Shown here: one piece after another, positions 58,648 through 64,000 of the stretch
Position numbering within the stretch: position 1 is the first letter of the stretch
Layout: every line of letters begins with the position of its first letter
Origin: Candidatus Bathyarchaeota archaeon
GTDB lineage: Archaea; Thermoproteota; Bathyarchaeia; Bathyarchaeales; Bathycorpusculaceae
Assembly: GCA_963782525.1 (NCBI GenBank)
Contig: CAWAKC010000001.1
Coordinates: 552,390-616,389 of the forward strand
DNA: 64,000 nucleotides
Direction: 5' to 3'
Made by a program: the position numbers and the translations under genes
Notes under the pieces: generated by a model
What the model saw: only the letters and a program-made list of their open reading frames with translations
What the model was told of the DNA's origin: nothing
Databases searched by the model: none

Positions 58648-59262
58648 TTATGCTGGAATAAACCTCTGGGGTGGGTTTTTTTCGAGGACTTTTTTAAGTT
58701 CTTTAACGCTTAAACCTTTAAGTTCATCACCGAAAGTTTCACACTTGCGTTTTTTTCTTGCTTCCTCTCGGCTGCGAGCCACAATTTCAAGTCCGTGTTC
58801 AGTTAAGGTTTCAGCGTAGATGTGGAACGACTCCAAAGTTGCTCCGCGTTTGTTCACCGTTGTCCAAGCAGTCTTCAAAATCTTCATGCCATCAGCCTTG
58901 AGAACATTAACAATATCCTCTGGCTCATCTGCGTAAACTGCGATGTCAATGTCACTTCCTTGTTTAATCGTTCCTCGCCAAACACTCCCAATCAAAACAG
59001 GGCAAAACCTCGACAGAAGACACATAACCTCAAGCGCTTCCCTGCGCATCTGGATCAAACGATCCATCCGCTTTGCACCCTCATTCTCCTCAGCAACTTT
59101 GTCTAGCTCCAAAGCAACTTCAAGGTTAGAAGGTAAAAAATGAACCCCGAAGGTTTCTGCTGCTTTCTCTTTAGCTTGCTTGTACTCTTTTTCAGCTCCA
59201 AAATAGAGAAGGGTCGCGGCTTCTCGTGCTACTCGACGTTTTAAATCAAAGTCGTCAGGCAA
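58648..59262 (-). CDS. Nucleotidyltransferase-domain protein
   Basis: LIGSVWRG...SDIDI motif; N-terminal helical extension. Confidence 0.82.
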   Translation of the reverse strand: MPDDFDLKRRVAREAATLLYFGAEKEYKQAKEKAAETFGVHFLPSNLEVALELDKVAEENEGAKRMDRLIQMRREALEVMCLLSRFCPVLIGSVWRGTIKQGSDIDIAVYADEPEDIVNVLKADGMKILKTAWTTVNKRGATLESFHIYAETLTEHGLEIVARSREEARKKRKCETFGDELKGLSVKELKKVLEKNPPQRFIPA

Positions 59263-59267
59263 ATCAG

Positions 59268-60518
59268 TTACCGTTTTATGACTGATTCGTAGAGCTCCAC
59301 GGTTTTCTGGGCAATCTTACTCCAAGTGAACTCTGCCAAGACACGTTTCCTACCGTTCTTGCCCAGCATTTTTCGTTTTTCAGGGCTTTCTAGTGCGCTG
59401 ATGACGCCCCATGCTATGTCGGAAGGATTATTGGGGTCAATGTGGTAGCCACATTGCTCTTCTCCGCAGCAAATTACGATTTCCCGCATGCCGCTAACCC
59501 CAGCTGCACCAACGACAACTGGTTTTTCCATTGCCATGGCTTCGAGGGCAACTATACCGAAGGGTTCGTAGTGGCTTGGGAAAACTGCGATGTCACAGGC
59601 TGCGTAGTGTTGAATGCGTTCTTCTTCTGGTATGAAGTCAAAGCAGAATTTGACGTATTCATCTAGCTTTGTCATCTTGGTTAGGTTGGTTAAATATTCC
59701 TGTAAGTCGCCAACGCCTACGATGACTAATTTGGCTTTTGGAATCTTGGAGATGATATGGGGCATCGCCATAATCAATTTGTCAACACCTTTAACCATGA
59801 CAAGGCGCCCGAGAAAAAGAATCATTAACTCGTCTTCTTTTATGCCGTATCTCGCCTTGATTTTTTGGATGTTTTCCTTGGACACCTTTTCAGGATTGTA
59901 CTTTTGCGGGTCAACCCCGTTGTAGCTAACTTGAATCTTTTCTTTAGGAAAACCCAGCTGGACCAACTCATCTTTCATTGCATAAGAAACTGTGACAACT
60001 AAGTCAGCCATGTTACCAGCACGCAACTCTATGTTGCTGACTACGCTTGAACCTGTTCCTAAAGTTCTGCCTTTCTCTGTTGAGTGGACATGGAAAGCCA
60101 GCGGCATTCCAGTTTCACGTTTAACTGTGATACCACCCATAGCTGAGAGCCAATCGTGCGCCACAACGATATCGTATTTCATGCCTTCTTTCTTGATGAG
60201 TTCGTTAACCAGTTTTGCGGCTGACAGGTAGTTGTAAACCATCAGTTTACCGAACAGATGAATGCCTCTGCCCCATTTTCTTATGTCCTCAGCGATTACG
60301 TCAGGCAACGAATCAGACACGTCTAAGTGGAGGGGACGGTGGATTTCTATGCCGCGCCAAATCTCCCTAGTAGGCAAGGAACCGGCATCATCGTTCATTG
60401 TGAAAACTGTAACGTCATGATCGTTTAGAACAAACTTACGTGTGATCTCAGCAGCGTAAGTGCCCAGTCCACCAACGATTTTTGGTGGATACTCGTAAAC
60501 AAAAACGGCAATCTTCAT
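59268..60518 (-). CDS. GT4 glycosyltransferase, glycogen synthase-like paralog
   Basis: YEYPPKIVGGLG, AHDWL, LGRLVMVKG, EPFGIVALEAM. Confidence 0.9.
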   Translation of the reverse strand: MKIAVFVYEYPPKIVGGLGTYAAEITRKFVLNDHDVTVFTMNDDAGSLPTREIWRGIEIHRPLHLDVSDSLPDVIAEDIRKWGRGIHLFGKLMVYNYLSAAKLVNELIKKEGMKYDIVVAHDWLSAMGGITVKRETGMPLAFHVHSTEKGRTLGTGSSVVSNIELRAGNMADLVVTVSYAMKDELVQLGFPKEKIQVSYNGVDPQKYNPEKVSKENIQKIKARYGIKEDELMILFLGRLVMVKGVDKLIMAMPHIISKIPKAKLVIVGVGDLQEYLTNLTKMTKLDEYVKFCFDFIPEEERIQHYAACDIAVFPSHYEPFGIVALEAMAMEKPVVVGAAGVSGMREIVICCGEEQCGYHIDPNNPSDIAWGVISALESPEKRKMLGKNGRKRVLAEFTWSKIAQKTVELYESVIKR

Positions 60519-60685
60519 GTCGTAACGTCACCATTTATCATTTAGAATTATGAACCTCTGTACTAAAGCTTTACTTATCCCGACCCAACCGCTCAAAATC
60601 CACCAACCCCTGATGCTTTTAGAAGAAAAGTTTAAGGAAAAGTTTGATTAGACCGTTTTACATAGCCTTACTGCAGGTGCTTAAA

Positions 60686-61270
60686 ATGAGCTTATCGTCT
60701 ATTAAACAAGAAATACTGGAAACCATGCTTCTAAATGAGAAACCACTCAAGGCCATGGATATTGCTAAAGAAACCAAGAGAGAGTATCAGCCAGTAAACA
60801 TGCACCTTTTAGGTCTCATCAAAATGGGTTATGTGAATTTACCCGAAAAAGGACTATTCATGATAACTGAGAAAGGAAAACATGCATTAGGCATACCCGA
60901 GATAACTAAAGAAAAAGCTGCGTCAATAATCGCGTATGCGCCACATGATAAAGCGTTTAACTTCTACGTCACGTTTGGAAAACCCCTAAATCTACATGCA
61001 CATAGCCTACGGGATTTCGCCAACAAGCTTGAAAAAGCTGATGTGTTAGCTGTAGAATTCCATATGCAGCGAGGCGACTTTGAAAACTGGTTCAGGGGAC
61101 TTGGCGATGAGGAATTAGCGAAAAAAACCGCTTTGCTTAAGAAGAAAAATCTGGTTGGAGAAGACCTGCGAAAGCAACTGCATGAAATTGCTGAGCAAAG
61201 GTACCTCAAACTGGCACAATTATCAGGTCAACCAGTCGCAACCGAAGAACACGAACATACCCACATTTAA
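60686..61270 (+). CDS. Winged-helix plus DUF5752-like fusion protein
   Basis: N-terminal wHTH (AMDIAKE...HLLGLIKMGYV...ITEKG); C-terminal AFNFY...VEFHMQRGDFENWF; His-rich tail. Confidence 0.8.
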   Translation: MSLSSIKQEILETMLLNEKPLKAMDIAKETKREYQPVNMHLLGLIKMGYVNLPEKGLFMITEKGKHALGIPEITKEKAASIIAYAPHDKAFNFYVTFGKPLNLHAHSLRDFANKLEKADVLAVEFHMQRGDFENWFRGLGDEELAKKTALLKKKNLVGEDLRKQLHEIAEQRYLKLAQLSGQPVATEEHEHTHI

Positions 61271-61323
61271 TAGTCCATTACTTTTTTAAAATAAGAGCAA
61301 AAAATTTGCCCTAAAAAAAGGCT

Positions 61324-62307
61324 TTAGGTTATTTGTTTATAGACTGGGTGGTCTTTGAATTTCAGGTTGGTCGTTGACCATTCAAGAGTGCCGCTGGGTA
61401 ACCTTGTGCATATCGATTGGACGACTGCACCGCCAGCAGTGAACCTAACGCCGTCAAGCATTTCGCCTTTTGTAACGCCTGAGGCTGCAAAAATCATTTC
61501 CTTACCTTTCGCTAACTCTTCTTCAGTGTAGGTTTTATTGATGTCGACTCCTGCGGCTGTTAATCGATCCATTCGTTTGGCGTCGTCTTTTTTGTCCTTC
61601 CAGACCTTAACCAGCATAGTTCCGCCGAGGCATTTCACTGCAACCGCAGCGATTGTTGCCTCTGCTCCTGCGCCTGCACCAATGAGCAGGTCAACCCCTG
61701 AATCAGGTAAGCATGTGACGATGGAGCCTCCGATGTCGCCGTCGGCTATGAGAATGATTCGTACACCCATCTTTCTTAGTTGTGCAAGCAATTCATTGTG
61801 TCTTTCACGTTCAAGCATAATCACAGTGAAGTTTGCCAAAGGTCGATGCTTCAATTTAGCTATCGTCTGCACGATTTCTTCGACAGACATGTCAAGGCTG
61901 ATTTTTCCCTTAGCTATGCCGTCAGTTGCAACTTTGAAGTAGTAGCCGTCATCTGGCAGAACCTTTAGGCACCCAGCAGGAGCACAACACAACGCTGAGA
62001 TGGCGTCTTTTTTTCCTTTGGATGTTGCAGTTGTACCATCTACTTGATCAATGATGAATTCTACTTTTGGTCCGTTGCCTGTGCCGACTTTTTCCATGTA
62101 GCTGAAGGCTGGAGCGTTGTCTTTGGGTCCTTCGCAGCAGATGACTTCTCCATCAACCTCGGTTTGGTTGAGGACTGCCCTTGAGAAATCCAATGCAGTT
62201 TGGTCGACTTTGTCTGGGTCTCCTTTGCCGATATGAAGGGCTGCACCTACTGCTCCGGCAGTGGTGATTCTTGTGAGAGATGGCGATAGTGACCTTAGTG
62301 AGGTCAT
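61324..62307 (-). CDS. glpX: Class II fructose-1,6-bisphosphatase (GlpX-like, divergent)
   Basis: EGPKDNAP, IDQVDGT, LERERH, IADGDI, AASGVTKGEMLDGVRF. Confidence 0.82.
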   Translation of the reverse strand: MTSLRSLSPSLTRITTAGAVGAALHIGKGDPDKVDQTALDFSRAVLNQTEVDGEVICCEGPKDNAPAFSYMEKVGTGNGPKVEFIIDQVDGTTATSKGKKDAISALCCAPAGCLKVLPDDGYYFKVATDGIAKGKISLDMSVEEIVQTIAKLKHRPLANFTVIMLERERHNELLAQLRKMGVRIILIADGDIGGSIVTCLPDSGVDLLIGAGAGAEATIAAVAVKCLGGTMLVKVWKDKKDDAKRMDRLTAAGVDINKTYTEEELAKGKEMIFAASGVTKGEMLDGVRFTAGGAVVQSICTRLPSGTLEWSTTNLKFKDHPVYKQIT

Positions 62308-63233
62308 TTCTTTATCTCCTTGCCTTTGCATTCGTTTCGCCACAGCGCCGCGAATTCTTGGTAGTTCTGAGCAACTTTTTCAGTGGCTTCTTTCTTTGTG
62401 GTTTTGCCTGCTTTGTACTCTGCCAATGGATCCCAGAATATGGTTCTGCCAACCGCGAACCCGATGATGCCGGGGATTTTTGCGCCGACTTTAAGCCATT
62501 CTTGGACTTTTTCTTTGGATTCGCCACGTCCTAAAGTGATGACACCGACTTTTCTTCCACCGTTCTGCGCCTGCTTAACGACTGCATTGGCCGATTCTGG
62601 TTTGTCGACGCCTTCGAGTTTCCAAATGGATGGTTCTACGCCTGCATCCTGAATCTCTTTGATGCTGTCCACCATTAGTTTGGGGCGCAGTTCTTGGTCG
62701 TACTTTTCTTTTGACCCGCCCAATTTTGCCAGCTGCGCTACTGTTGTTGGAACTATTAATTCGAAGAGGAAAGTTCGCTTTTTCTTTGCTAAGTAGTCGC
62801 TTAGTTTCTTTAGGCGCTCAAGCTGCCTTTTGTTCATGGCTGCGTCGCCTTCAGGGTTGTAGCGAACAAGCACCTTCACGAAGGTTGGATCGAATTCTTC
62901 GATGTGTTCGGCAAATTTCTCGCCGTAATCGAAGTCGAATTCGTCTTGACCCGATTTTTCTACGGGCATAGCGAACATTAAGCTCTCTTTCTTTGCTTCA
63001 CGCAGAACTCCTGTGCCGAATTCTTCATCAACTAGCAATCCCGCGATTTCTTTGGGTACGCTCTTCTTTGTGGCTAATCGGAAGCCTTCAAAAATTATTT
63101 TTTTGTATTCTTCGATTTGCTTTTTTTCTTCGGGGGTTGGTTGACGACCTTTTATTCCGAACATTTTTTCTAGGAAAGACGCTCGATGGTCAAAAGCCAA
63201 GATAAGTAACTCTTTTTGCGACCAATCAATCAC
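62304..63233 (-). CDS. Stand-alone DUF2090 class I aldolase-fold protein (LacD/IolC C-terminal-like)
   Basis: LAFDHR, EKSGQ, KVLVRYNP, WKLEG (putative Schiff-base Lys), LGRG, GFAVGRTIF; GTG start at 63233. Confidence 0.82.
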   Translation of the reverse strand: MIDWSQKELLILAFDHRASFLEKMFGIKGRQPTPEEKKQIEEYKKIIFEGFRLATKKSVPKEIAGLLVDEEFGTGVLREAKKESLMFAMPVEKSGQDEFDFDYGEKFAEHIEEFDPTFVKVLVRYNPEGDAAMNKRQLERLKKLSDYLAKKKRTFLFELIVPTTVAQLAKLGGSKEKYDQELRPKLMVDSIKEIQDAGVEPSIWKLEGVDKPESANAVVKQAQNGGRKVGVITLGRGESKEKVQEWLKVGAKIPGIIGFAVGRTIFWDPLAEYKAGKTTKKEATEKVAQNYQEFAALWRNECKGKEIKK

Positions 63234-63387
63234 ACAAGTCACCGTGCGGAGTATTCTGTGAGCGAGCCTAATAAAACATTATGGGTTTTGTCGGCATCAA
63301 AAAATGATTCGTCTGACGGCGTTCTCTCTTCACTTAGAGAAACTATGAAATAATAAAAGAAGCATATGACGCTTGAGAGTAGCCTGC

Positions 63388-63888
63388 ATGAGTGAAACCC
63401 GAATAGTAACGGTGAAACTACCCGAGGAAGTCTTCCAAGAAATGTCACTGCGCATTCCCGAAGGCGACAGAAGCACCTTCATCCGAGAAGCCATCAGCGA
63501 AAAACTGCAGAAAATCCCCAAACCCGACAAACTCTTAGCCCTCGAAGATCGCATGAGCAAAATCGAACAAGAATTCGGGCAAATAAGAAAATACCTATCA
63601 GACCTCGAAATCCTCACATTCCAACATGGAAAAACAGACCCCTACGCATTCTGCCTAGACGAATTAGACCATAAAATCATGGAGTATCTGATGCACTACA
63701 AGTCAGCCACTACGCCAGAACTGGCCGATTACGTTAAAACCAACCGCTGGCTCATCCTAAACCGCCTGCAGAAAATCCAAAAAAACAGCAAAAAACAAAT
63801 CGGCAAATCCATAATCGAATACTATGCGGGCGAACGATCAGGCAAGAAGAAGGCTTGGTGGATAGACCAGGAACTCATGCAAGAATAA
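63388..63888 (+). CDS. Ribbon-helix-helix, coiled-coil and winged-helix protein
   Basis: IVTVKLPEE...RSTFIREAI (RHH); DELDHKIMEYL...TTPELADYV (wHTH). Confidence 0.75.
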   Translation: MSETRIVTVKLPEEVFQEMSLRIPEGDRSTFIREAISEKLQKIPKPDKLLALEDRMSKIEQEFGQIRKYLSDLEILTFQHGKTDPYAFCLDELDHKIMEYLMHYKSATTPELADYVKTNRWLILNRLQKIQKNSKKQIGKSIIEYYAGERSGKKKAWWIDQELMQE

Positions 63889-63927
63889 GTTAGCTTTAAA
63901 TCAGCAAGCCATGTTTGTTTGGCGTGT

Positions 63928-64000
63928 GGGCTCGTAGTCTAGCACGGATTAAGGCATCGGCCTCCGGAGCCGAGAATCCTGGGTTCAAATCCCAGCGGGC
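63928..64000 (+). tRNA. tRNA-Arg(CCG), truncated by the window end
   Basis: GGGCTCG...TCGGC-CT-CCG-GA-GCCGA...CTGGG-TTCAAAT-CCCAG-CGGGC. Confidence 0.93.

Noticed and set aside
1-64000. Selenocysteine/pyrrolysine readthrough, tRNA introns, inteins, rRNA, intact integrase or transposase
   Set aside because: No in-frame stop splitting a recognisable protein; tRNAs are of intronless length; proteins have family-typical sizes; no recombinase or transposase motifs were seen

Overview
Gene-dense, mostly core chromosomal segment of an archaeon, most likely Bathyarchaeia (inferred from eS25, eS26, eS1, eS17, Rpo6, thermosome, HMf histone, Alba, class I LysRS, tetraether synthase Tes, CofD, frequent TTG starts and many zinc-ribbon membrane proteins). 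It holds about 72 protein genes and three intronless tRNAs: Gly-TCC, Arg-GCG and Arg-CCG (cut by the window edge). No CRISPR array, rRNA or intact mobile element was seen. Most notable: (1) two alpha-glucan loci sharing a DUF5752-like domain, fused once to a GH57 hydrolase and once to a winged-helix protein, with three GT4 paralogs, one only an N-terminal half; (2) a gluconeogenesis-like cluster of a stand-alone DUF2090 class I aldolase, divergent GlpX, bacterial-type GAPDH and PGK; (3) a TrpY-trpB2 divergon with TGTACA-type TRP boxes; (4) a YdjG/YdjI-like SPFH membrane cluster; (5) decayed integration scars at tRNA-Gly and tRNA-Arg, including a hairpin array and a duplicated tRNA 3' end; (6) an unlisted Cren7-like zinc-finger ORF, a frameshifted tatD and a probable CTG start for rps17e. 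All family calls come from motif recognition by eye, not database searches.
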